Counted from the first letter of the stretch, positions 18,590 through 27,961 are shown. The stretch: 64,000 bases of DNA from an uncultured Bacteroidales bacterium (GCA_963838215.1 CAWIQG010000003.1:320240-384239), one strand, 5' to 3'. Made by a program: numbers and translations. Notes: a model not told the origin generated them from the sequence alone.

Positions 18590-18620
18590 TTGAATATTTT
18601 TTAATCTTTTTCGTACATCT

Positions 18621-18707
18621 GTTCCAACTGAAGCAATTCACAATAAGGATTATTCCGTTGTGAAAACATTTAGGCTGCCCTCGTCCTTCAATACGGGGGC
18701 ATTTTTT
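18621..18707 (+). ncRNA. tracrRNA candidate B (cas9-distal)
   Basis: Anti-repeat CCAACTGAAGCAATTCACAAT is complementary to repeat nt 1-14 and, past a 1-nt bulge, to nt 16-20. It is followed by the nexus AAGGATTATTCCG (compare S. pyogenes AAGGCUAGUCCG) and the terminator GCCCTCGT-CCTTCAAT-ACGGGGGC plus ATTTTTT. Ends are approximate. Confidence 0.65.
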
Positions 18708-18870
18708 CACATAATCCGTTATTTTGCAGAACAAACTAAGTTAAACAAAATAATTTAATCAGAACTTTCTAAAATGAATAAAATATTCTGCAGATGCAGT
18801 AAATGATATACCAACCGCTGCTTTATCAGGATGATATAAGTAAAAACAAGTTCATTATATACCTTATTAT

Positions 18871-18956
18871 TTCGCCCCTACGGGGCTTATTGAATTTAAG
18901 GTTGGTAGTTACCGGGCGTTGCACCCGAGTTTCAAAATATTTCAGGCCTGCGGCCT
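18871..18956. repeat. REP-like hairpin cluster, copy d (M1-M2-M3)
   Basis: TTCGCCCCTACGGGGCTT ... ACCGGGCGTTGCACCCGAGT ... CAGGCCTGCGGCCT. Same orientation and module order as copies a and c. Confidence 0.7.
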
Positions 18957-19114
18957 TAAAAACTTTCCCAAAATCACTTATTTTTAAAAAAAAATCACGA
19001 TTGTTTAAAAAAAGTCTTAAAATCCGTGTCACAAAAGTGTAGTTTCCGACATGTAGTAATATATGCTCGTGCATGTAAAATATTTATTAATTATTTACCT
19101 TAAATTTTAAGACT

Positions 19115-19861
19115 ATGACTAGTACTTCAGAAACCGGCCATGCAAAAAATGTGGCAAATTTCGATGATCTGATCTCTTTCGCTACAGGTTACGGACCATC
19201 TTTTAATCCATCAAAAGCTTCAATCAGCTTATCCGGATTACAAACTCTTTCATCAATCGCTAAAGCTGCTATTGATACGGTAAATGCAGCGCTTGCTGCT
19301 TATAGTAACGCAGTTGCAGCCAGAGAAGCCTCATTTGTTCCTTTAAGCAAACTGATTACCCGTGTTTTAAATGCCCTCAAAGCGACCGACACTTCAAAAC
19401 AGGTCGATGAAAAAGCAAAGACCCTGGCACGCAAAATACAGGGTATAAGAGCATCAGCAAAAAAGACGGAGGAAGAAAAGAAGATCCTTTTAGCAGCAGG
19501 AAATGAAGTAATCGAAATATCGTCTTCACAAATGAGTTATGATAGTCGTCTTGATAATTTCGATAAACTGATAAAACTTTTAGCCGGCATTATTCTTTAT
19601 ACTCCGAACGAAGATGACCTGAAAATAACAGCTCTTATTTCCCGTTACAACGATCTGAAAATGAAAAATGCTGATGTTGTAACCACTACTACACAATTAA
19701 GCAACGCCCGTATTTCCCGTAATGAAACTCTCTATAAGCAAAACTCGGGCCTGGTTGACATAGCATTCGACACTAAAACATATATTAAATCGATATATGG
19801 AGCAACCAGTCCCCAATTCAAACAGGTATCAAAATTAGAGTTCATTGCAATAAGGTCATAA
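19115..19861 (+). CDS. hypothetical protein (248 aa, Ala/Lys-rich, probably helical)
   Basis: Clean ORF with a downstream terminator. No motif recognised. Confidence 0.6.
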   Translation: MTSTSETGHAKNVANFDDLISFATGYGPSFNPSKASISLSGLQTLSSIAKAAIDTVNAALAAYSNAVAAREASFVPLSKLITRVLNALKATDTSKQVDEKAKTLARKIQGIRASAKKTEEEKKILLAAGNEVIEISSSQMSYDSRLDNFDKLIKLLAGIILYTPNEDDLKITALISRYNDLKMKNADVVTTTTQLSNARISRNETLYKQNSGLVDIAFDTKTYIKSIYGATSPQFKQVSKLEFIAIRS

Positions 19862-19995
19862 ATAAAGTCTGTAAAGTCCAAAGTATTCATTGTCTTTCGA
19901 CTACTGCCTCTTGGAGTTTGCACAAATTTATGGACTATCTCATCTCAGAGACTTTTCCAAACTTTGATTAAGATACATTTTTACTTCATGTTTAT

Positions 19996-20030
19996 ACTGT
20001 AGTTGCCTTTATAACAACTGCAGTTTTTTA
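19996..20030 (+). terminator. rho-independent terminator after the 19115..19861 ORF
   Basis: CTGTAGTTG-CCTTTATA-CAACTGCAG (one mismatch), followed by TTTTTT. Confidence 0.6.
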
Positions 20031-20115
20031 TATATGAACCCGGAGATTGATAAAACGAACTGTGATTTATAAATAGCTAACTGCCAGTTATAAAAGATTA
20101 ATCAGGATGTTTTGT

Positions 20116-20220
20116 TAATGAACTGGTAAACTTCAGTAATGAACTAGAAAGCTTAAGTAGCGGACTGGAAAATTTAAGTAACAAACTGAAAAATTTAATA
20201 AACGAACCAGAAAGTTTAAA
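20116..20220. repeat. imperfect 21-nt tandem repeat, 5 copies
   Basis: The copies are TAATGAACTGGTAAACTTCAG, TAATGAACTAGAAAGCTTAAG, TAGCGGACTGGAAAATTTAAG, TAACAAACTGAAAAATTTAAT and AAACGAACCAGAAAGTTTAAA, in exact 21-nt register. Confidence 0.8.
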
Positions 20221-20223
20221 GGA

Positions 20224-20517
20224 CTATCGTAGAACTATATCCTTAATTACTTCACTACCGGCTTTCTCATTCAGTTTTTGCCTGAGAGTTTCCCGGAGCA
20301 TAAGCAGTTCACTTCTGACAACAGATGAGTTCAGATGCACGTGCAGAATATGATCTTTTATATAGATTTTTGAAGTCCGCGAACTAATAGCTTTCCCAAC
20401 TATTTCTTCCCATGAATTGATGACCCCCACCTCATTCAGTTTTTCACCGAGGTTCATCTCTTTAATGTAATCATTTACTGCTTCAGCGAGTGATATTGTT
20501 TTGCTTCGTCTCATCAC
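20224..20517 (-). CDS. DUF721-domain protein (the usual small recF-downstream gene)
   Basis: 97 aa, immediately downstream of recF (1-nt gap). The sequence pattern ...SWEEIVGKAISSRTSKIYIKDHILHVHLNSSVVRSEL... is typical of DUF721. Confidence 0.7.
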   Translation of the reverse strand: MMRRSKTISLAEAVNDYIKEMNLGEKLNEVGVINSWEEIVGKAISSRTSKIYIKDHILHVHLNSSVVRSELLMLRETLRQKLNEKAGSEVIKDIVLR

Positions 20518-20518
20518 A

Positions 20519-21637
20519 TTAAAGTCCGTTATGATTTACCTCCTCCACCCCGTTTCCTGCTATTCTGAAAAGTTTATAATCGGTTTTGTGCGAAGATAGA
20601 ATATCCTGTAAACGATTTTGATGAGTATCAGTTATGAATATTTGCCCAAACCGTTCATTTCCCACTAACCTTATAATCTGTTCAACACGCTCGGCATCAA
20701 ATTTATCGAAGATATCATCGAGTAATAAAATCGGTGATAAGCCGGCTTTTCTTTTAATATAATCGAATTTTGCGAGTTTAAGAGCAACCAGATATGACTT
20801 CTGTTGTCCCTGGGAACCAATCGCTTTCACCGAAAAACCATCCATTTCCAGAAGCAGATCATCTTTATGAATGCCGATGGTCGTGTACTCCAGAAATCTG
20901 TCCTTGGTAAGAGAATTCAGAAGTGCTTCCGTGAAGTTGCTTTCTGAAAGGTGAGAATGGTACTTAAGTTTAACTATCTCCCTACCGGAAGATATCAGGT
21001 TATAATATTCCTGAAAAACCGGGATAAGTTCATCAACAAGGATATCTCTTTCGCGGAAAACAAAGCTTCCATATTTAACAAGTTGCGCATCCCATATTGC
21101 AAGCGCATCACTCTCAAATTTACCTGATGATTTGAAATCCTTCAGTAACCTGTTTCTTTGCTGAAGAGCTTTATTGTACCTGAGGACAGAATCGAGATAT
21201 TCAGCATTATACTGGCTTATAATTTTATTCATGAATTTCCTGCGGTCCTCACTTCCTTCGGAAATCAAAGCGCTGTCAGCCGGAGATATCATAACTACAG
21301 GGTATCTTCCGACATGATCAGAAAGTTTTTGATATTCTTTCCCGTTTCTTTTTAACAGTTTCTGTTTTTGCTTCTGAAACGCACAATAAATCTGATCTTC
21401 TTCACCTTCCCTGACAAATGTTCCCTGGATAATAAAATAGTCTTCACCATGCCTTATGCTGACGCTGTCGATATTATTAAAGAAGCTTTTGGTAAGCGAC
21501 AGATAATGAATTGCATCAAGAATATTCGTTTTCCCGACACCATTATTGCCAACAAAGCAGTTAATTTTGGGAGAAAACTCAAGCTCATTCAGCTCATAGT
21601 TTTTAAAATTGGTAAGGGTAAGATTTTTAAGGTGCAT
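20519..21637 (-). CDS. recF: DNA replication and repair protein RecF
   Basis: 372 aa. Walker A GNNGVGKTN, SMC-like signature GSQGQQKS and Walker B LLLDDIFDKFD. Confidence 0.93.
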   Translation of the reverse strand: MHLKNLTLTNFKNYELNELEFSPKINCFVGNNGVGKTNILDAIHYLSLTKSFFNNIDSVSIRHGEDYFIIQGTFVREGEEDQIYCAFQKQKQKLLKRNGKEYQKLSDHVGRYPVVMISPADSALISEGSEDRRKFMNKIISQYNAEYLDSVLRYNKALQQRNRLLKDFKSSGKFESDALAIWDAQLVKYGSFVFRERDILVDELIPVFQEYYNLISSGREIVKLKYHSHLSESNFTEALLNSLTKDRFLEYTTIGIHKDDLLLEMDGFSVKAIGSQGQQKSYLVALKLAKFDYIKRKAGLSPILLLDDIFDKFDAERVEQIIRLVGNERFGQIFITDTHQNRLQDILSSHKTDYKLFRIAGNGVEEVNHNGL

Positions 21638-21649
21638 GGGAAACTAATA

Positions 21650-21706
21650 AAAAGTAAAAAGTAAAAAGTAAAAAGTGAAAAGTTAAAAGTAAAAAGTAAA
21701 AAGGCA
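21650..21706. repeat. heptamer tandem array (AAAAGTA)n, about 8 units
   Basis: AAAAGTA x3, then AAAAGTG, AAAAGTT, AAAAGTA x2 and AAAAGGC. Begins 13 nt upstream of the recF start codon. Confidence 0.85.
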
Positions 21707-21948
21707 AAATGATATATTTAAATGGTTTAATACTTCAAAGTTAGAAAAAGAAACGCACAACCGGAATTGCATCTGACCTGAGATTACATTTTATCCTTCC
21801 TGTGATTCATAATATAACTACTCATATTCAGACAGATAACTATTATTTTATCTGCAATCTGATATTCATTAAATTAAATGTTTTAAAATTACCTGAAAAA
21901 AATTACTTTTGCGATGTTAAAATTTTGAAGTAACCAGTAAAGACCAGT

Positions 21949-22635
21949 ATGGCTAAGAATAAAAAGGATGTTAATCCACAGACCATTTCGAGCGTTGAGG
22001 AAACACTTACCAAAACGGAACAATATCTTGAAGAGAATTATAAAACCTTATTAATTGCATTAGCAGTAATAGTTGCATTGGTAGGAATTGTATGGCTTGG
22101 CAAGTTATATCTTGGTAAAAGAAACGATGAGGCACAGTCGCAGATGTACCAGGCAGAAAGGTATCTTGAAATGGATTCTTTAAGGCTTGCATTAAACGGC
22201 GATGGAAACTATCTTGGATTTCTTGACATATCCAGGGATTATAAATTTACAAAATCGGGGAATCTTGCCCTGTACAGTGCCGGGATCTGTTATCTCCATC
22301 TTGGTGATTACCAGAATGCAATTGATTTTCTTAACAAATATTCTAAAAAAGACAAGGTCTTAGGTTCATTGGCAATTGGAGCCACAGGTGATGCATATAT
22401 CGAAACAGGTGATCTTGATAAAGGTGTTTCAAAATACATCGAGGCTGCCGATTTTGCAAAAAACTCATTTAACACACCATTGTTCCTGATGAAAGCAGGT
22501 GAAATTTATGAACTAAACAATAAATATGCTGAAGCATTAAAAGTTTATGAAAGAATTGAGAGTGAGTATCCCGAGAGCACAGAAGGAACATCAATAGAGA
22601 AATATATTGCAAGAGTTAAGCTTCTGATAAAGTAG
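21949..22635 (+). CDS. membrane-anchored tetratricopeptide-repeat protein (YfgM-like)
   Basis: 228 aa with one N-terminal TM helix ([17 protein letters not shown]) and TPR-like repeats ([23 protein letters not shown]...). Confidence 0.65.
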   Translation: MAKNKKDVNPQTISSVEETLTKTEQYLEENYKTLLIALAVIVALVGIVWLGKLYLGKRNDEAQSQMYQAERYLEMDSLRLALNGDGNYLGFLDISRDYKFTKSGNLALYSAGICYLHLGDYQNAIDFLNKYSKKDKVLGSLAIGATGDAYIETGDLDKGVSKYIEAADFAKNSFNTPLFLMKAGEIYELNNKYAEALKVYERIESEYPESTEGTSIEKYIARVKLLIK

Positions 22636-22723
22636 CTCCATCAGTATATTCCATGTATTTATAAAACCACGCATTGGGCTCATTCTTTCTGAGACAGATG
22701 CGTTTCTTATTCTAAAAATTATT

Positions 22724-23212
22724 ATGAGCACTATAAATCTGTCAGTTTACGATCCGGAAAAAGTCCCTGAAGCAGGTGAAATGCGTTTTGGCATAGTGGT
22801 TTCCGATTGGAATAAAGATGTTACATGGTCTTTACTCGACGGAGCTGTCAGGACTCTTAAAAAACATGGAACAACTGATAATAATATAGTGGTTAAGCAT
22901 GTTCCCGGCAGCTTTGAACTGACGCTTGGCGCTCAATTCCTTGCAGAATACGATGATCTTGACGCTGTTATCTGTCTTGGATGTGTTATCCAGGGCGAAA
23001 CGCCTCATTTTACATATATCTGCCAGGGAGTAACACAGGGTATTACTCAACTGAATTTAGATTATAATATACCTTTTATATTCGGAGTTCTGACAACTGG
23101 CACCTATAAACAGGCAACTGACAGGGCTGGCGGGAAACTCGGTAACAAAGGTGATGAAGCAGCTATAACCGCAATCAAAATGGCTGCTTTGCAACGCGAA
23201 ATAGAAAAATAA
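22724..23212 (+). CDS. ribH: 6,7-dimethyl-8-ribityllumazine synthase
   Basis: 162 aa. [19 protein letters not shown] and [15 protein letters not shown] are typical of RibH. Confidence 0.93.
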   Translation: MSTINLSVYDPEKVPEAGEMRFGIVVSDWNKDVTWSLLDGAVRTLKKHGTTDNNIVVKHVPGSFELTLGAQFLAEYDDLDAVICLGCVIQGETPHFTYICQGVTQGITQLNLDYNIPFIFGVLTTGTYKQATDRAGGKLGNKGDEAAITAIKMAALQREIEK

Positions 23213-23214
23213 GT

Positions 23215-24963
23215 TTATCTGAGCACTTTCCTTACAAAAGCAACTGTGAAATAAGACATCATAAAGACACCCATAAAGCCTTCCAGTCCTGAAACAACTC
23301 TGCTCAAACCAACCGGATAAACATCTCCGTAACCAATTGTAAAGAAAGTAACAGCACTATGGTAGAATGACTGAAGAAGTATTGATAAATGGTCTGGATT
23401 ACCTACTCCTGAGACTGTCTTTCCAAGTCCTGAGAGGTCAACAAGAAAATATACAGATCCAAAGAAGAGCCAGAACAGAACAACACTAAAAAGGACCCTA
23501 CCCGGCGAAGTCGCATAAAGACCTATCTTATCAAATACGAGCCACTGGAAACCATGTGGAACATAGCTTGCTATTTTCGTAATACCGCCTTTTTCTTTCT
23601 GTTCAGTGAGCCACGACTTTGCCTCATAACGTTTGAACATAATATATGCTTCGTCTTCATCCTCATATTTACCAGTTCCGCTGAAATTTTCTTTTAATAT
23701 TCTGAACTGTTCGGCTTTTTGTCTTAATGTGGTTCCCTCCTGATTAACAATAATCTCATCGCATTTATTATGTTTCCAGTTGATATACAACTTCCCGAGC
23801 AACCTCATACCCGACATATCCAAAGTTTTAATATTAACAGGAAAATCGTAAGGTTCGATATCCACAATATCACGGACAATAGTATCAGAAATATCGAGGA
23901 GTTCTGCTTTTGCGAGACGAAGATCAAAGTAATGATCGAGGTGGCACGATTTAAGCGAAATGGATTGGACCTTTGATTCATAAAAGCTGACATCGCCATC
24001 GCCAAATTCAGTTCTCTCAAAACTGATATCCGTATCAACCATCTCCATGAGATTAAAGTTTTTAGGACCTGACCCCATTTCTGCCTTTTTGAACTGAATC
24101 TTTCCGGCTTTGCATGTGGCACCCTCAAAATTCACCTCCCCGTTCCCGAATACTGAGCGGTTAAAATTAATTCTTCCGGAACCAAAATCCACAGTCCTGA
24201 AATCAACCCTGCTGTTCCCGAATTCAGTTCTTTCAAACATGATCTCACAATCTCCGAAAACTGAATAATGAAAATCCACTTTCCCTCCGATAATCCTTGT
24301 AACCTTGAAATTAAACCGGCCGCTATTGAAGTGAGTATTAATAAAAAGCAGCTCACCGCTGTTAAATTCCGTATTTGCAAAGCTAACCTCTCCGTTTCCA
24401 AACTGAATATCCTGAAAATCTTTAATCCCGTCTTTTACTATTGCATTTTTGAACAGAAAATCACCTTCACCAAAGACAGATCCCGTAAACTCAATATTCC
24501 CATCCCTGAAAAGCGTGTTTGAAAAAATTACATTTCCATTGCCAAATACTGATCCGTTAAAAAGAACTTTCCCTTTGGCAAAATGAGTGCCGTCGAAACT
24601 TATCTCTCCATCTGAAAATAAAGAATAAGCAAAATCGGTACATATTTTTGCTTCAAAGAATGCATTTTTTGCAGAGAACCCTTTTATGGGAACAAGCTCT
24701 TTCTTTTCAATACTATTATACCTTCTATATGATGAAAGGGAGAATTCCGGTACATATAAATTATCAAGAATAAGGTCTTTCTCCTCCTTAATCAGGTTAT
24801 AAACCTCTTTTATATCAACTGCTCCAAATAATTCAGAACCAACCTCTTCTCCTTCTTCATTAAGAAATGTTATTATAGCGGTTCTCGGACAGGTCCTGCC
24901 ATCGTCAGCAATGAACTTTACGTTTTTAACCTCAATACGGTAAGTTGAATACCCGGTAGTCAT
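23215..24963 (-). CDS. pentapeptide-repeat protein fused to a 2-TM potassium-channel pore
   Basis: 582 aa. About 250 aa of pentapeptide-type repeats (..FGNGNVIFSNTLFRDGNIEFTGSVFGEGDFLF..), and a C-terminal pore with the K+ selectivity filter TIGYGD between two hydrophobic helices. Confidence 0.8.
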   Translation of the reverse strand: MTTGYSTYRIEVKNVKFIADDGRTCPRTAIITFLNEEGEEVGSELFGAVDIKEVYNLIKEEKDLILDNLYVPEFSLSSYRRYNSIEKKELVPIKGFSAKNAFFEAKICTDFAYSLFSDGEISFDGTHFAKGKVLFNGSVFGNGNVIFSNTLFRDGNIEFTGSVFGEGDFLFKNAIVKDGIKDFQDIQFGNGEVSFANTEFNSGELLFINTHFNSGRFNFKVTRIIGGKVDFHYSVFGDCEIMFERTEFGNSRVDFRTVDFGSGRINFNRSVFGNGEVNFEGATCKAGKIQFKKAEMGSGPKNFNLMEMVDTDISFERTEFGDGDVSFYESKVQSISLKSCHLDHYFDLRLAKAELLDISDTIVRDIVDIEPYDFPVNIKTLDMSGMRLLGKLYINWKHNKCDEIIVNQEGTTLRQKAEQFRILKENFSGTGKYEDEDEAYIMFKRYEAKSWLTEQKEKGGITKIASYVPHGFQWLVFDKIGLYATSPGRVLFSVVLFWLFFGSVYFLVDLSGLGKTVSGVGNPDHLSILLQSFYHSAVTFFTIGYGDVYPVGLSRVVSGLEGFMGVFMMSYFTVAFVRKVLR

Positions 24964-25033
24964 TTAAGATATTTTAGAAAAGTGAAGCCAAATTATAAAA
25001 AAAAACGGTAATTACAGTAATTTTCGCCTATGC

Positions 25034-27931
25034 TTACCGCATACATAAAGACTTATAAGGACAATATGAACATTTTCCTCTTTTATCGCTTGTCATGAAA
25101 AATGGTTCATTGTCACTGAAAATTCTAGCAATGACTTCCTGAAGACCATTAATAAACTCTTCTCTTACTTCGTTGTACGTGTCAATTACTATCTCAGTTT
25201 TTTTATTTGTTTTCAGGACAAGTTTATCTGTTATAAAGTCTCTGTTTAATCTCTTAATCTTATATACCGATGGTCGTACGATAGTTCCGGGTTTTGTTGC
25301 CAGATAAGCTTCGCAATAAAGCAATGTCTGAAACCATCCGTCAAAATCTTTCTTCCTGTCTTCTGTAAAAAGATCCTCTAAAGAATTAATCGTATCAGCA
25401 ACTGTTCCGGTCTTGTAATCAACGATTCTTGTCTCTCCTCCTACTATATCAATACGGTCAACTTTCCCTCCTGTTAAAACTTCAATTTCAGATCCATCTG
25501 ATAAAGTGAACATTATGAAGCTAAAAGTATCCTCAAGATTGAGAATTGTAAGTGGGACAAGAGATTTGTCGGTTTTGAGTATCATCAAAAGATAAGTCAT
25601 CAGCACATCTCTGACTATAAGTTCGTTCCCACTTATAAAGCCTTCCCTGCCATCCTTAAACACTTCATTGACTGCTTCATTTATGGCTCTTGCAAGAAAT
25701 TGTCTATTCCCGATTATTGAATCGAGCATTTCTCCTGTTAAAACATGACCCAGAAAATCGTGGTAAATGCTCTTCATTATTTCATGCAGAATATTACCGA
25801 GTATAGCCGGGTCAATATCACCGGAGACCTTTTCTGGCTCCTTTAAACCATTCACATAATGATAATAAAATTTCATCCTGCAATTCAGCCAGGTATTTAT
25901 GGCCGACGGAGATAGTGGCCTAACTTTACTCTTATCGAGAAACCTTGATTTCAACAGAAGTAAATGCTCTTCTGTTCTGTCAATTCTCTCACTGACTGAA
26001 CAATGAGTTTTTATCTCAAAGTTCAGGTCAAGAAAATCGGGTTTTAATAATTTATCATACTTCATCTGGATAAGGAACCTGCTCATCTCCCCGCTTTTTA
26101 ATCCATCAGAGTTGGAATTGTATGTGAATGTTACATTTTTAGCCCGTTGAAGAAGGCGATAAAAGTGATAAGCATATATCGACTCCTGGTGATTGACTGA
26201 CGGAAGACCAAAGGCATCGCGCAAGCTAAACGGGATGAATGATGATCCCGCAGAAACAGCAGGTAAGACACCCTCATTCACCGACAGAATGATCAGATTT
26301 TTAAAATCAAGGGCCCGTGTCTCAAGTATTCCCATAATCTGAATACCGGATAATGGTTCTCCGGAGAACGGAACTGATTGAATTCTTAACATCCTGTCAA
26401 GTATTCTTATGTAAGTATCTGTTGTAAAACTGACGTCCGGACTATTTACAATTGCCTCAAGCCTGTTTATCGAAAGAGTCACTCTGTAAATAAATTCATT
26501 CATTATGTTTTGTTGAACCGGGTTTTTATCAGAATTATCACGTTTTTCTTCTTCATTTAAAGCAATCCATGAAAGGATATCTTTAAAATAACCGGAAAGC
26601 GATGCAGGATTCAATGGCTTCGCAAATAGCCTGACAAGATTTTCCGATTGCGCAAAACGATAAGAAGGGACCCAGATAAGATTAGCTTTTATTATTTCAT
26701 TAATTGCCTCATTATCCGATTCACTCATTAATCCTGATATTAATGTATGTTTAAGGATGGTGATTACCTCCCTGTGACTGAACCGGACAACTCCATCAGC
26801 CAGACCGGCAGTTCTCTGGAGTTCCATAAGACTCTTTACGAGACTGTAGATCAGGGTCTGTTTAAGCGGATAACCCATTGTTATATTGATATCTCCGATA
26901 TTCTCCGGAAGGCTCGTCAGAACAGGTATTAACAGGTTTTCGTCGGCCAGTACAACAGCAGTATGATGAGCATTATCTGCAGTCAGATCAGGCAACTCTT
27001 CAATCAAGCCTGAAATAAGCTTAACCTGGGCCACGTCTGAGGAGCAGTCTATCACACGGCGGTGGATAAGCGGGTCTACGGATGAAAGAATTGTATCGAA
27101 ACTCCAGTCGGATGGCATATCATTGCCAAATATTTTCAGGTTATCCTTTAAAAAAAAGCCGGCAGAATTAAGTTTACCTTCTTTGATATAGGAATTATCA
27201 TAATCCCAGTAAAATCGGGCTTTCCCTGCCTTTTTATAACTGCTCATCAGCACTTTTTCACATTCATTCAAAGCATTGAATCCAATGAAATGAACTATAT
27301 CCCAGCGCGTTCCCATAACATAGCTCTTATCATGGCTTTCAGCCACTTCTCTGAATATCATGCCTTCGTATGCCAGATTCTGTCTTTTTAGTGAGTTTCT
27401 GAAGCCGGAATAGAGATCATTAAGAATTGACCAGATATTGATGAACCCCGATTTTTCGTCAGTGATTTTATCTATATTAAAATTTACCCAGAATCTTCTG
27501 ATGATTTCTACCTGAGCTTCTGTCAGACCACCAAACTGCTGATCGATGTTTTTTATATCCAGAACATTACGGAACAATAATGAGGCATTCACCAGGTACT
27601 TGTCGACATCATCAAAATCGTTCAAAAGCATATCACCCCAAAAATAGAAATCGTCAAAGCTTTCTGATGATTTTTTTAACTTCCTGTAAACTTTATATAA
27701 TTCAAAAAGCAGTATTTCGTTGCCGGCTGTCTGAAGATGTGAATATGATCTGAACAATTCATTTATTGTAAAAATTGATGGTGACCACACCGGTTTATCA
27801 ATCCTCGCTGCCATGTATTTAAGAAAATACAATCCGGCCCGTCGGTTTGGAAAGACAAGGCAGTGTTTGTTCAGATGATCATGGTATTGTTCATCCAGCA
27901 AAGCAGCTATTCTTTCAAGAAAGTAGGTCAT
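25034..27931 (-). CDS. PD-(D/E)XK nuclease family protein, AddB-like
   Basis: 965 aa. C-terminal nuclease motif RIDIVGGETRIVDYKTG and Cys cluster ...LLYCEAYL...CSYCPYKSLC, like the AddB Fe-S domain. Lies in one gene string with the AddA-like helicase. Confidence 0.75.
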   Translation of the reverse strand: MTYFLERIAALLDEQYHDHLNKHCLVFPNRRAGLYFLKYMAARIDKPVWSPSIFTINELFRSYSHLQTAGNEILLFELYKVYRKLKKSSESFDDFYFWGDMLLNDFDDVDKYLVNASLLFRNVLDIKNIDQQFGGLTEAQVEIIRRFWVNFNIDKITDEKSGFINIWSILNDLYSGFRNSLKRQNLAYEGMIFREVAESHDKSYVMGTRWDIVHFIGFNALNECEKVLMSSYKKAGKARFYWDYDNSYIKEGKLNSAGFFLKDNLKIFGNDMPSDWSFDTILSSVDPLIHRRVIDCSSDVAQVKLISGLIEELPDLTADNAHHTAVVLADENLLIPVLTSLPENIGDINITMGYPLKQTLIYSLVKSLMELQRTAGLADGVVRFSHREVITILKHTLISGLMSESDNEAINEIIKANLIWVPSYRFAQSENLVRLFAKPLNPASLSGYFKDILSWIALNEEEKRDNSDKNPVQQNIMNEFIYRVTLSINRLEAIVNSPDVSFTTDTYIRILDRMLRIQSVPFSGEPLSGIQIMGILETRALDFKNLIILSVNEGVLPAVSAGSSFIPFSLRDAFGLPSVNHQESIYAYHFYRLLQRAKNVTFTYNSNSDGLKSGEMSRFLIQMKYDKLLKPDFLDLNFEIKTHCSVSERIDRTEEHLLLLKSRFLDKSKVRPLSPSAINTWLNCRMKFYYHYVNGLKEPEKVSGDIDPAILGNILHEIMKSIYHDFLGHVLTGEMLDSIIGNRQFLARAINEAVNEVFKDGREGFISGNELIVRDVLMTYLLMILKTDKSLVPLTILNLEDTFSFIMFTLSDGSEIEVLTGGKVDRIDIVGGETRIVDYKTGTVADTINSLEDLFTEDRKKDFDGWFQTLLYCEAYLATKPGTIVRPSVYKIKRLNRDFITDKLVLKTNKKTEIVIDTYNEVREEFINGLQEVIARIFSDNEPFFMTSDKRGKCSYCPYKSLCMR

Positions 27932-27961
27932 GGTAGTGTCTGGGTGTCTTGTGTTTTATTA

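Noticed and set aside
18803-19074. ORFs 18803..19042 (+) and 18826..19074 (-)
   Set aside because: They overlap each other and the REP-like hairpin cluster d, and their translations are low complexity. The region is more plausibly non-coding, holding a repeat element and the promoter region of 19115..19861.
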